Below, piece after piece: positions 49,130 through 61,040 of a DNA stretch of 64,000 nt (position 1 is its first letter; every line of letters begins with the position of its first letter). Source of the stretch: Mobula hypostoma (Eukaryota). The notes below the pieces were generated by a model. That model ran no database searches. It worked only from the letters and a program-made list of their open reading frames with translations, and was not told the origin of the DNA. The position numbers and the translations under genes are program-made. Location: assembly GCF_963921235.1 (NCBI RefSeq), contig NW_026948219.1, positions 1,488,001 to 1,552,000 on the forward strand, given 5' to 3'.

Positions 49130-51950
49130 GGACAAGGATATGAGCAGAATATATTGGGACTTGTTTAATTTGCGGGAGTCCCCATCATGACGCTATGAGA
49201 CAGGACCCTGGGGATGTGAACTGGGAACGGATGCGTTCAGGGAAATGCCCAACAGAAATGTGCACGATGTTCCGGGTGCCCTTGCTTGGCGTTCTGGGCA
49301 GGTTTGCCCCGCTGAGGTAGGGAAAGTATACTAACTCGCAGGGGTCACGGCTGTGACGAGATGAGGAATATCCATTCTGGAGGAAGAAAGAAGCATGTTT
49401 AAGGGTTAAGAAGCCGAGATCATCAGAGAGGGTTCTGGAGAGTTACAAGGTCGCCAAGAAGGAGCCAAATAGTGGATATTAGTGTTAGGAGTGTGCATTG
49501 GCGAGGAGGGGAACAGGAGGACGAGAGTGTAGAAACGATGAAGGATACAAGAGGAAAGAAACATGTGCCTGGTGTCGGGGGCGGTAGTGCGGGTCGGTAA
49601 TGAATGCTTTGCTCCAGTATTCACCAGTGCAGAGCTTCCCGTCAGATCTGATGCCGGGGACCAGCACTATTCAGCCAGGACTCCGTAGACCAGAAAGTAG
49701 GAATCCCAGAGGGAACTTGTTGAATGCGGGGGCAGCGAGAACAGCCTGATATGCTGGAATATGTCAAGGTTTCGAAGGAAGATGCATTGGAGATTTTGAA
49801 GAGCGTGAGGATAGATAAGACCCCGAGACCGAAAGGAATATCGCACATGTTACTAATGGATGCGTGGGAAGAGATTGCCTCGGCTTTGGTGATGACATGT
49901 GCGTCCTCACTGGACAGGAATAGGTGCGAAGGATTAGACGGTGGGAGGTTCTGACAAATATCATTATTTTGTTCAAGAAACGTACCAGGATTAACCCTTG
50001 GAATGATAGACCAATTACTTACTTCAGAGATGGGGATAATTGGGGAGAATTTCTGGAGATGACGTTTAGTAGCTCCAGGAGTCTCGGCACATCAACCTGT
50101 AATTGGAACTCACTCATCGTACCCAAACGAGGAAACTAAGCAAGTGCGCATCAAATCCCCAAAACTTCAGCACAGGCGCCCCGCAGTGGTGTGTACAGAG
50201 CCACGTCTCTACTCTCTCTCTTCGCCCATGACTGCCCTCCCGCTCCTGCTACAAACTCAGTCAGCATAGTCGCAGAGGTCACAACAGTGACTGGCCTCAT
50301 CACAAACACTGATGAATCTGCATATAGAGAGGATGAACCTCAAACTTCGACCAGCATTAAGAAGACAATAGAGATGGTAATCGACTTCAAAAATGCAAGA
50401 AGTGTCGAAAGCCCCCTATCCCTAAATGGTGAAGTAATGGGGAGCGTTCAGAGGTTCAGGTTTTTGGGGATGAATATCACCGAGGAGCTCTCTCGGCCCA
50501 TCAGCAAAACCTCGTTAGCAGCGAAAGCACAACAGTGACTATACTATATGAGGTGATTAGGGAGAGCTAATCTGTGTCAGAAATAGCTGGTCAACATTTT
50601 CTGTGCGATAGAGAGCAGACTGACACACGGAATGGCAGTGCTGTGCTCCAGATGCAGCGGGACAGATTGTAAACCACTCAAAGGGTTGATTAGGGCGGCT
50701 CCGAACATCACTGGGGCTCAACTACCGGACTGGGAGACAATCTAACTCCGGATGCCCGCGGCAACAGTAAAGACCCATCCGATCCCTGACACTGTCTGTT
50801 TAATTTCCTGCCGTCTGGTAGGAGAGAGGGAAACATCTTCGCCATGGCATTAGACGGAAATAACTTCATCCCGAGGGCCATTGTTTTGCTGAATAATGCA
50901 ACACCCTGCCTTGCCAATGGCCTTTGAGTGTCACTGAAATCATTTGTGTATGTAAATACAGTTTTTGTCTTGTTTTAATGAATCCGGACCGCACGCATTG
51001 CAAATATCTGTTTAGCGCGGTCTGGAGCAGCGCCGCCATTTTGTTGTCTTCAGCCATGACAATACAGTTCCATTGTATCCTATTGATTTGCCGAAGCACA
51101 GTCTGATTAGGGATAGTCGGCAGGACTTTCAGAAGAGCAGAACATATCTCACGAAAATGATTGAATACCGTGAGGAATTGGCAAGACAGACTGATTAAAA
51201 CCAAGGACTGGAGGTCGTGAATATGGATTATAGTATGATATGTTCGCCCAACGATAAGCTCATTTGGGACGGTAGGAGGCACGAATTCCAGGGGAAATTA
51301 CCCGTGTGGATTCAGAATTGGTTTGGCCGCAGAAGGCAGAGGCTGCGGTGATCTTCATTAGAGGGAGGAATGAGGGTAAGAGCCGTGAGGTAATTTTGTA
51401 GCCCTAGAAAACCCCGCTGAATCCGTACTTTCTGTTTTCTGTTCCGTTCCGGTGGTCACATTGTAGGAAGGATGTCGAATCGTTAGAGATCGAGCAGAGG
51501 AGATTCACTGCGATGACGCGAGGATTATGAAGAGCAGTTGACCGAGCTAAGGTTTTGCTTTAGGAGGACAGAAAATGAGCTGTGATGTCGGGAAGGTGTA
51601 CACAATGATAAGAGGCAGAGGTCGATTGTACAGCAAGAGATACTGTATGTTTCCCAGGCGGAAATGGCGAATACACGGAGACATAACTTTATGGAGTTGG
51701 GCGGAAGGTATTGTGGTGATGGCGGGGGCATTTCTTTGACACACTGAGGGGTGTGTACGTGTGACGCTCTGTAATCAGCGGCGTGGCGTCATTTCCGTTA
51801 TGGACATTCCACAGACTCTCAGATAGGCGGGTGGATGAATGGGAAAGATGAGGGCGATGTAGTCGGAAAGGGTCAGATTGATCTTGGAATAGACTAAAAC
51901 GTGGGCACAACCGAGTGTCTACGATGCCACATTGTTGTATGCATTGTGCG
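49130..51950 (+). mobile_element. Heavily degraded CR1 with a nested Rex1-type fragment (~50130-50910)
   Basis: CR1-like 'RIDKTPRPKGI', 'IIILFKK' and 3' end; Rex1-like 'LLSLFAHDC...IEMVIDFK...RFRFLGMNITEEL'. Confidence 0.65.
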
Positions 51951-53199
51951 ATCATGTGTTAGTGAAACGTTCAGGGTGAGTCTTGTGACCAGGTACCTGC
52001 TTACTGATGCCAGCAATGCAAAGTGTTCCGGATCTTCAGGGTCCTCAATGATGGATGCCGTCTCTTCAGACATTGCTTTCTGAATATGGTGGGAGCCTGA
52101 TGCCTTTGCTGGAGCTGACTGACTTTACAACACGTTGTGGCTTTTTCCGATCTTCTGCATTAGCGCCTCCACACCTGACGGGATGCAACAGCCCGCACAC
52201 TGTCCGGGGGACATCACAAATCTTCTCAAACCTTTTCCGTAATTGCATCAATTCCTCATCTCCAACTCATCACCTACAGAGCTGTGGACCCACGGGAAAT
52301 GGAGGCTCCTCGGCCTTTCCTCTGCTGACCCGTCGAGGAAGACGTACCTGTTTACAGTTCAAAATACAAAGTGCATTTATTATACTCTTTCAACAATTAG
52401 ATTCGTCTCCTTACAAATAACCACAAAACAAAGAAACATAGAAAATAGAACCGGTTAAGAAAGAAAATCGTCAAACACCCGACGCGCAGAGAATAAACAA
52501 CAAAAAGACCAAAGCTGCAAACGATAAACTTAACCAAATAACATTAAGAACTGAAGTTCAGAAAATTGAGTCCCCCCACGGTTCGGAAGCCAGGTATTGC
52601 AACAACCGATTCAAGAACATGTCCCTGCCTCTGTTGAACGTAGCGCCGAGAAAACGTCGCGGAGTACCGAGCCGAAGCGTCCCGTCCATCGTCCAATCTG
52701 TTCCGTCGTTGAAAACGTCCGAACATCGCGTCGTTCCTCGCTTTCGGAGCCGCGCCCTGCTGCTTCGATACTCCCTCGGGCCTGGCCTCACCGCCTCGAT
52801 TCCGCTCGTTCCGATCTTTCCAATTGGGCCCCACTTTAAACTCGATCAAATCTCGGATCGGTCCTCGCTGTCGGGCACGGGGCCGGGCTCTGCCTCGCCT
52901 CCGCTCGCCTCTGTTCCGCTACATCGAATCGTCTCTAAATCCGCGCCGGTAATTGGCTCGTCCTCGGGTCTCCGACCCGGACCCCGACGGCTGGATCCGG
53001 CTTTCAAGGCAGCAGCGTCCAGCGCTTTCGAGCTTTCAGATCGCACCGCATTTATGGAATGGTGACATACATCAACAGTGAATTTCAACACCTCTTTTTT
53101 GCATTGGATTTGATGAGTGTCCTACTATCAACACCCGAGGAAAGTGGACGTTGGTCACCATTGACCAGAACGTAGCTTGGTCAGACACATCATGATCAA

Positions 53200-54180
53200 T
53201 AAGAAGAGATCAGATGCTGTGGGACGTTTTGGTTTGGATGGAGGCCGAGATCGGCAAACTCTGGTCAAGTGTCCTTTCTTTGGCAAGTAAAGCGGAATGA
53301 GTCTCGGTGTCAACAGTCTGCAGGCTTCCGGTGAAATTCAGCGCAACGGTGACATCGGAAAACCCGGAGTACAATTCTTCTGATTCTTAGCTGGGGGCAC
53401 CTTGTTAGGGTCAGTACAATCTGCGGCAGTTGTAGGTGATGGAGATGTCAGCGCTCTTTGTACTTGGCACTCTTGCGACAAAACTGCATTTTAATCTGCC
53501 GCTTGCATGCCATTTGCCATATCAAAAGCTGACTGAAGTGAGAGCTCTGATTCTGCCGATAAGCGACGCTGATTGCGAACATCACGCCGACGACTGAGCG
53601 ATCTCGTATCATAACTTCTCGAACAGCAACGTAAACACAAAGTTCAGTCAGTTTTCTTAATTCAGCAACAAACGTTGCTGTTAGTTCGTTTTCTAACTGA
53701 AAACGAGAGCGGAATCTAACGCGCTGCACAATATCCAATGGTTTAGGATTGTAATGCGATCAAATCTCAGAAGATCCTCATAAGATTTCGAAGAGAGCAA
53801 ATCGGGATTCATCAAACTTCGGACGATATTGTGTGTTTCCGGACCACAAAAACCACGCAAGATAGTATCCTTTTGATTGGGCTCAGTGATGTTGTTTGCC
53901 GCGAATAACTAGCCAAACATTTCAATGTAAACCTTCCCGTGGTCTGTGAATCATAATATTCCTGAGCTTGTCCAATGATGGTCATTGTTCAAGTGTGAAC
54001 ATCGATTCCAAAAGAGCGAGTGTCACAGATCCCATCCCCGTCACCACTGTTTTACTAAGAACGTTAATCGTGTCCAGTGCAGCCGAACGGGTCTGGTCGA
54101 TTCGTAATCACGCAGAAAAAAAAACATGTTCACACGCACAGAATTTGTAGGTCAAACGCGAATCGATTGATGGAGAAACC
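53200..54180 (-). mobile_element. Gypsy-type 5' fragment: LTR end, PBS and degenerate gag
   Basis: 'IVQRVRFRSRFQLENELTATFVAELRKLTELC...MIRDRSVVG' resembles retrotransposon gag; PBS-like TGGTGACGGGG at 54036-54046. Confidence 0.65.
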
Positions 54181-55710
54181 GGCGACATCGACAGATCCCG
54201 TGATGTCACATGACAGACTAATAACGCCCACACAGTGGATAGGACACTCCACTCTCACCTCTATCTCTTCCTCCCTTTTAACCCCATTCTCCCTCTATCT
54301 CCCCATCCCACTTCCTCTACCGCTATCTCAGCATTCTCTCCCACCCTTCTCTCTCACCTTCCATCTCGCCACCCATCTACTGTATCTCTCGATCTCTCGC
54401 TATCCCCCCTCCCTGCCTCTCGGTCTATCCCTCTCTCTACTCTACCGGCCGAGTTCCTCCCAACATCTCCTTCTCCAACCTTTCCCCGCTCCCCTCTCTC
54501 TCTCACCGTGAGTGTGGTCACGGTAACTTTGCTGGTAAGCTGTTTCGTGTCGCTGATGGTGTCCTGGGTTCTTGCAAACGGGGATTTCAGCAACCCTTCC
54601 AGTTTCCAGCGTCGCAGTCCCGTTGGAAATGAACGGAAAGAGATCTCATTGAGAGTGCAAATGGTGGGAGTGGGTGGGAAGGGATGGAGTCCACGGGGGT
54701 GCGGATGATGGTAGTGAATGAGAAGGGGTGCGATCCCATTGGGAGTTCGAGTTCGGACAATCCTGCCGCTCCCCTCTCACTCTCCCTGTGATGACAGGTT
54801 GCAGTTAGTCACCACACCGTGGGAGAAGAGATTTCCCGTGAATTTCACAGAATCATAGAACTCTACAGCACGTTACAGGCCCTTCGGCCCGCAGTGTTGT
54901 GCCGACCATGTAACCTACTCCAGAAACTGCCTAGAATTACCCTCCCGCATCGCCCTCTATTTTTCTAGGCTCCATGTACTATCGAACATCTGTGTAATAT
55001 CTAAGAGTCTCTTAAAAGACCCTATTGTATCCGCCTCTAGCACTGTCGCTGGCAGTGCTGTCCACACACACACCACTTAGCTCCGACATCTGCTCTGTAC
55101 CTACTTCCAAGCAAGTTAAAACTCTGCCCCCTCGTGTTCAGCCGGTTCGGCGGGTGGAGCGAGGGCAGTGCGTGCAGTCCTTCGGTGAAATGATATCGTA
55201 TCCGTTAAATAGGGGCCGTGGACAATTCTGATTTGATGGAGAGGGACGTGAAAGTATAGAGGAACATCTGGAGAAACTTTTGAAATGCCCGTTCGCTGCT
55301 GTCCTTGCTGCGCGATCGTGAATCTTCCGGAGGGAAGGCCTCAAAATCCCCGGCTTTGCCTGCTATTGGCGACCGACATTGAGGTCGAATCGCTCGGATA
55401 GAGATGATACTCGGTACTCGGTGTCGGAGAGCTGATCGGAGGCTCGAAGTTTTCGGACGACTCGGAGTCGGACTGTGGTCGGGCATGGCAGGGAGAGTTT
55501 TTCTTCCTTCTCCCGTCTGCGTGAGATGTGGGACATTTGAGAGACTTTGAACTTTTTACTGTGCTCATGGACTGTTCTTCATCAAGTTATGATATTGTTG
55601 CACTGTTGTAACTCTATGTTTTAATTATGTGATTTTGTTAGATTTTTCAGTCTTGTTCTGTCCTGTGTTTTGTGATATCACACCGGAGGAAATATTGTAT
55701 CATTTCTTAT

Positions 55711-56685
55711 AGATAGATGGATAGATCGATAGATATACTTCATTAATTCTGAGGGAAGTTGAGTTTCGTTACAGCCGCACCCACCAAGAATAGAGCATAA
55801 ATATAGCAATACGAAAACCACAAACAATCAAGCAACAAAATGCAAACTATGCCAGATGGAAATTAAGTCCAGGACCAGTCTACTGACTCAGGGTGTCTGA
55901 TCCTCCACGGGAGGAGCTGCAAGTTCGATGGCCAGAGGCAGGAACGACCTCCCGTGCCGCCCAGTGTTGTATCTCGGTGGAATATGGCCAAAGTCGAACA
56001 GTAAAAAGTTCAATATCCGGTCTGCAAACACGTTCCTCGATCGTAATATGACCCGGATTGCACCATCCGTTGTTAAACAGAACAGTAAGCACCCAACTGC
56101 TGTACGCTTACCGCTCTCAGTGCACTTCCGGTCAGCCGGAACGGTCTGGAAGCCGTCCATGGAGAAGTTTTGATCGGGAATGTCCTCGTGCAGCCCCGTT
56201 CCGGTAAAACACATCACACTACACTCCCGAAATGTTCTTTGACGCCTGGCTAGCGCCGTGAACTCGTCCATTTTATTACCCACCGAACTTCTCTTCTCCA
56301 TAAGTCTCTGTTGTCTCGACCCGGTCCTCCTTCCTCGCTTTTGTGATCCCCCTCTGCATCCTCTGTGTGTTTTCCTCCAGATTTCAGCAGGGTTGTCCGC
56401 CGCTCTGCTCGCTAAACCGGCCGGCATTAGCTCAAGCAGCTTATCCCAGGAATGAACAATGCGACCATGCTTCTGTCCCGCATGTCGGGATGTAACTATT
56501 TCCAGCGCTAAAAACCCAAATAAAACTCTCTCTACCAGCATATTAGAGAGGGTGCAGCTTCGACGTGTTACCGTGAAAAAAAAAATACAAAAAAAAACGT
56601 AAGTTAAAAGTAAGAAGAAGAAAGTAAGAATACTGAACGGAACGGCTGTACCAGGCTGCATGCACGACCGGCGCATGCGCACATG
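55711..56685 (-). mobile_element. Internally deleted Rex1-type element (5' end and endonuclease start fused to the extreme 3' end), inserted in a SINE-like repeat
   Basis: 'SVGNKMDE...FRECSVMCFT...WCNP...DIELFTV.L.PY' joined to 'IPPRYNTGRHGRSFLPLAI'; (TCTA)n tail. The host repeat resumes at 56686. Confidence 0.75.
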
Positions 56686-57569
56686 CATTGCTAAATGACA
56701 ATAAAAGAGGACTGCGTGTCTTCATAATCTAAATCTAAGCCCTAGGAACAAGCCTGTGGCTATCCACACGACTAATGTCTCTCATCATCCTATACACCTG
56801 CATGAATTTCCTGCATGCTTCTCTCCAGGCTAAATAAGACGATGAGCTCACTGTGGTTTTGACGTCCTTTAGGGCTCTGGATGAAGTTGGTTAAACTCCT
56901 TCTTCCCCGCTCTTTTCAACGTTTTGTGTGATTTTCACTCATTTCAAAGGACTGTGTCTCAGACAGCTGGGTTGTTGCAATGCACCTCTAAAGTCTGACA
57001 GCAGACTAGTGAGTGAATCTTCGATGGGGCAGAGTCAGAAATCAAAGAGTAATCAGCCTGAATAAGGGCTTTGGGGCTCCTGAAAGAGATGGGACCTAGA
57101 GTTTACCAGGAGGAGCAGGAAAAGGAATCAGACCGGTAGGATGTGGTTGCAAATGAAAGATCACAAACATTTTGAAACAGTTTGAAAAAAAAGGTGGTTA
57201 ATTTCTGCAAAATACTGGAGGAAATCAACAGATCAGGCTGCAAATGTGGAGAGGAATAAATAGACGTTTATGCTGAGCCACTTCAGCATGTCTAGACTGT
57301 GTACTCCTCTGCTTAGTTGCTGCCTGAACTGCGGAGTTCCTCCAGCATTTTGTGCGTGTGCGTCTTTGTACTGTATTTCCAGCAACTGTAGAATCTCTGT
57401 GTTTTATATGTACATTTGTAAGAGGATTGTACTTTGGCATTAGATACACGTTGATATTGACTATATTCTTTACGGGAACCGCTTTCTGCGTTAAAACAGC
57501 TGCTGAATTTTCTATGCGCACCAAAAAAAGCTGAGCTACGGACATGGAACTGGTGCTTCCGGAAACTTT

Positions 57570-57717
57570 TAATGGCACCGTGATTGCCCATAAATCCTTG
57601 CGTTACAAATTTCGCCGTCGCCGAAGCACCGATCAAATGCGCAGGCGTCAGCGTTGTGACGTTCCCGAATATCACGCATGCGCGCAGTACACGAAGGCCT
57701 TAGAAGAGCGGCGGCAG
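57570..57717 (+). promoter_or_regulatory. CpG-island promoter/exon 1 of ZNF gene 3
   Basis: NRF1-like TGCGCAGGCG (~57638) and GCATGCGC (~57676); donor CAG|GTAGGA at 57717/57718; G-rich tract follows. Confidence 0.65.
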
Positions 57718-57948
57718 GTAGGAGCGAGTTTCCGGGGGTAGGGGAGGAGGGAGAGAGGGTGGGGGGGGGGCAGGGGGAAGGGAGAGAGGGTGGCGGGGGC
57801 GGGGAAAAAGGAGAGAGAGAGGGGGGGTGGCGGGGAGAAGAGGGGAAGGGGCGGTGGTGTTCAACACCAACTTTTAGACTATTGCTGTGACTCCAGACAC
57901 CGTGAGCCGCAATCCCGGGACAGTCCTGCTCTCTTCCCTCTCTCTCAG

Positions 57949-58096
57949 CCCCACCATCCGTACACGGGCCCCGGGGAGCTTCCGGCTGATGAGGGAATGG
58001 GAACCGATGGATCTCTCAGACAGAGCTGAGCTCCAGCTGTCTAAATGCAAGGATTGGGAACTCGGAGAAAAGGAACAAAATCTTTTACATCACCAG
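57949..58096 (+). other. Exon 2 of ZNF gene 3; carries a uORF from ATG 57989 (MREWEPMDLSDRAELQ...)
   Basis: Acceptor ctctctcag| and donor CAG|GTGAGA. Splicing to 59260 gives a 54-aa ORF ending at TAG 59314-59316. Confidence 0.65.
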
Positions 58097-58379
58097 GTGA
58101 GAAAATCACCTTTGTACTGCCTCCAATCACAAACAAGAGAAAATCTGCAGAGGGCACAGTCTTAAGGCGCTTGGAAGCGGGTATGAAGGAGATGTCAGGG
58201 GTGTTCTGTTCTTTATACATACCGTGGGTTACTAATAACAAACTATATTCTGGCAGAATTGAACTTTAATTTAACAGCAACAAAACCACGTTTTACACTG
58301 CCATGCTTCTCCATCATTCTTCATTTCTGCTCATGTCAGGAACTCTGTCCAGTCACGTCCTGACACGTGATATCACCAC

Positions 58380-58925
58380 AAGAGGTAAGTTTTTACACAG
58401 GGTGGTGAGCGTGCGGAATGGGCTGCCAGCGACTGTGATGAAGCCGGATACAATAGGGTCTTTTAAGAGGCTCCTGGATAGGTATATGACGCAGAGAAAA
58501 ATAGAGGGCTGTTGGGAATTCCTCAAGTAAGTAATGTTCGACATAGCGTTGTGGGCCGAAGGGCCTGTATTGTGTTGTATCAATGGGGAAGTCACTTACC
58601 CATGACCTCTGGTTGTCGTTCCACCCAACATCAGTGGAAAAAGCTGCTTGCATTCACTCTATCTATACCCTCATACTTCTGTATACTTGCAACAAATCCT
58701 CAAAGCAATGTATAATTTCCTTGTTTATGTTTAGAGCCTTTTTTTATCTGTATAAAATGATAAGAGACATTGATCGTGTGGATAGCCAGAAGCTTTCCCC
58801 AGGGCTGAAATGGCTAACATGAGGGACGTAGTTTTAAGGTGCTTTGAAATAGGTACCGAGGGGATGTCAGGGGTAAGTTTTTTTACACAGAGAGTGGTGG
58901 GTGTGTGGAATGCACTGCCGGCTAT
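58380..58925. mobile_element. Several small CR1 3' fragments in mixed orientation
   Basis: 'FLHRVVSVRNGLP', 'FFTQRVVGVWNALP'. Confidence 0.75.
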
Positions 58926-59665
58926 TTGTGTGAGAGTGTATCAGCTACTATGGGGCCAGGGACCCATGCAGCTCATTGGGAACAGGGAATAATAACAATG
59001 GAGAGAGTCAGACTGAGCCAGGTCACAGATTGGAGATGGCAGAAATGCCCCATTCTTATAGAGACAGGAAGAGCATCAGAGAGTTTAATGGTCATTCCAG
59101 ATACCAGCACTGTGCCTAGTTAGAAGATGATTTCTCTCTCCAACTTGGGTTGAACCTCACTGTAACAGTGTGATGCCAGATCACACCTTGACAACTCAAG
59201 TGACCTCATCTGAAATGTTGTCCAACACCCATTGATAGATTTTGTAAATCTTTTTACAGGTTAAAAATGACAAGGAATTTGTCTACGGGAATCTCAAACA
59301 CAACACGCCAGTTTAGCTGTCTCTGTCCAGATATTTAAGAAGTGGAGCAAGGGATTCACTCAATTATACTTCCTGCTCAGACTGTGGAGAGGAATTCACT
59401 CGGTCATCTGACCGACTGGCACACCTGTCATTTTACACGGGGGAGACCATTTGTCTGCTCAGACAGTGGGAATGGATTCACTCAGTCATTTCAACTGAAG
59501 GTACATCAGCAAGTTCGTACTGGGACAAGGCCATTCACCTCTTCTGTGTATGAGAAGGGATTCAGTCAGTCATCCCACCTGTGGACACACCAGTCAGTTC
59601 ACACTGAGCAGAGGCTAGTCATCTGCTGAATTTGAGGAGAAGGATTTACTCGGTCATTCGACCTA

Positions 59666-60535
59666 ATGGCTCACCAGCGAGTTCACACCAGGGAGCAGCT
59701 GTTCACCTGTTCAAAATGTGGGAAGGGATTCACTCAGTCATCCACCCTAATGGCACACCAGCGAGTTCACACTGGGGAGCGGCCGTTCACCTGCTCGGAC
59801 TGTGGGAAAGGATTCACTTGCTCATCCAAACTGAAGGTACATCAGCGAGTTCACACCGGGGAGAGGCCGTTCACCTGCTCGGACTGCGGGAAGGGATTCA
59901 CTCGGTCATCCGACCTGCTGGTACACATGTCAGTTCACACTGGGGAGTGGCCATTCACCTGCTCAGACTGCGGGAAGGGATTTGCTCGGTCATCTCAACT
60001 GAAGGTACATCAGCGAGTTCACAATGGGGAGATGCCATTCAGCTGTTCAGTCTGCGGGAAGAGATTCACTTGGTCATCCGACCTACTGGTACACAAGTCA
60101 GTTCACACTGGGGAGAGGCCATTCACCTGTTCAGTTTGCGGGAAGGGATTCACTTTGTCATCTCAACTAAAGGTACATGAGAGAGTTCACACTGGGGAGA
60201 GGCCGTTCACATGCTCAGAGTGTGGGAAAGGATTCACTCAGTCATCCAGCCTACAAGCACACTGGTCTGTTCACACTGGGGAGCGGCCATTCACCTGCTC
60301 ATACTGTGGGAAGCGATTCGCTCATTCATCTCAACTGAAGGTACATCAGCGAGTTCACACTGGAGAGAGGCCGTTCACATGCTCAGACTGCGGGATGGGA
60401 TTCACTCAGTCATCCACCCTAATGGCACACCAGCGAGTTCACACCGGGGAGAGGCCGTTCACCTGCTCAGTGTGTGGGAAGGGATTCACTTGGCCATCTC
60501 AACTGCAGAGACACCAGCAAGTTCACACTGGGTAG
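59666..60535 (+). CDS. C2H2 zinc-finger protein, 10 fingers, no KRAB (ZNF gene 3)
   Basis: 289-aa ORF with TGERPF linkers; last exon acceptor tttttacag| at 59259/59260. Confidence 0.9.
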   Translation: MAHQRVHTREQLFTCSKCGKGFTQSSTLMAHQRVHTGERPFTCSDCGKGFTCSSKLKVHQRVHTGERPFTCSDCGKGFTRSSDLLVHMSVHTGEWPFTCSDCGKGFARSSQLKVHQRVHNGEMPFSCSVCGKRFTWSSDLLVHKSVHTGERPFTCSVCGKGFTLSSQLKVHERVHTGERPFTCSECGKGFTQSSSLQAHWSVHTGERPFTCSYCGKRFAHSSQLKVHQRVHTGERPFTCSDCGMGFTQSSTLMAHQRVHTGERPFTCSVCGKGFTWPSQLQRHQQVHTG

Positions 60536-60590
60536 AGGCTGATCACCTGCTGTGATTGTGGAAAGTGATTCACTCAGTCATCTAACGTTA

Positions 60591-61040
60591 TGTAACTCTT
60601 GCTTCAGCTAGCAGCTTAATATTGTGGGGTGACAGACACCAGCCTGACCAAACTTAAGAAATCTCGTTTGGGTGGATGCTGTGTGATGTGTCCCCTGTTA
60701 CAGATCAGTACCCGGAAATAACAAATAGTACACAAGATGCGAAAAAAAGTTTGAGCTTTATAATTCTCACTTTGACTATATGGTTAGTGAAGTAAACAAA
60801 AAGAAAAAGGGCCCACTCTCTCCATTCACATCTTCTCATCTCTCCTCAGCAAAAGACCATGAAAATCTCTCTTCCAGACTCACAAGGAAGAACATTTCTC
60901 TCATTGGATAGCCCCGCATTCAAAACCCTGTTATCTCCAGTCGTAACCTAAACATTACTGCTACAGAGAAACCACTACCTCAGCAGTGAAACATTACAGG
61001 GAGGCCATTACATTGGAAGTGAAACTTACAGCGTATTACA
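60591..61040 (-). mobile_element. Solo LTR at the same finger position as in ZNF1 and ZNF2
   Basis: TGTAAC...ATTACA; followed by cttg and the resumed finger 'tgacacactacggggttcacactgggga'. Confidence 0.75.

Noticed and set aside
52540-53090. GC-rich overlapping ORFs
   Set aside because: Low stop density follows from high GC in what looks like a decayed interspersed repeat; no protein motif is seen.
59632-60555. Alternative-frame ORFs over the zinc-finger arrays (also 23711-24200)
   Set aside because: Shifted open frames are expected by-products of repetitive finger codons; there is no independent evidence.
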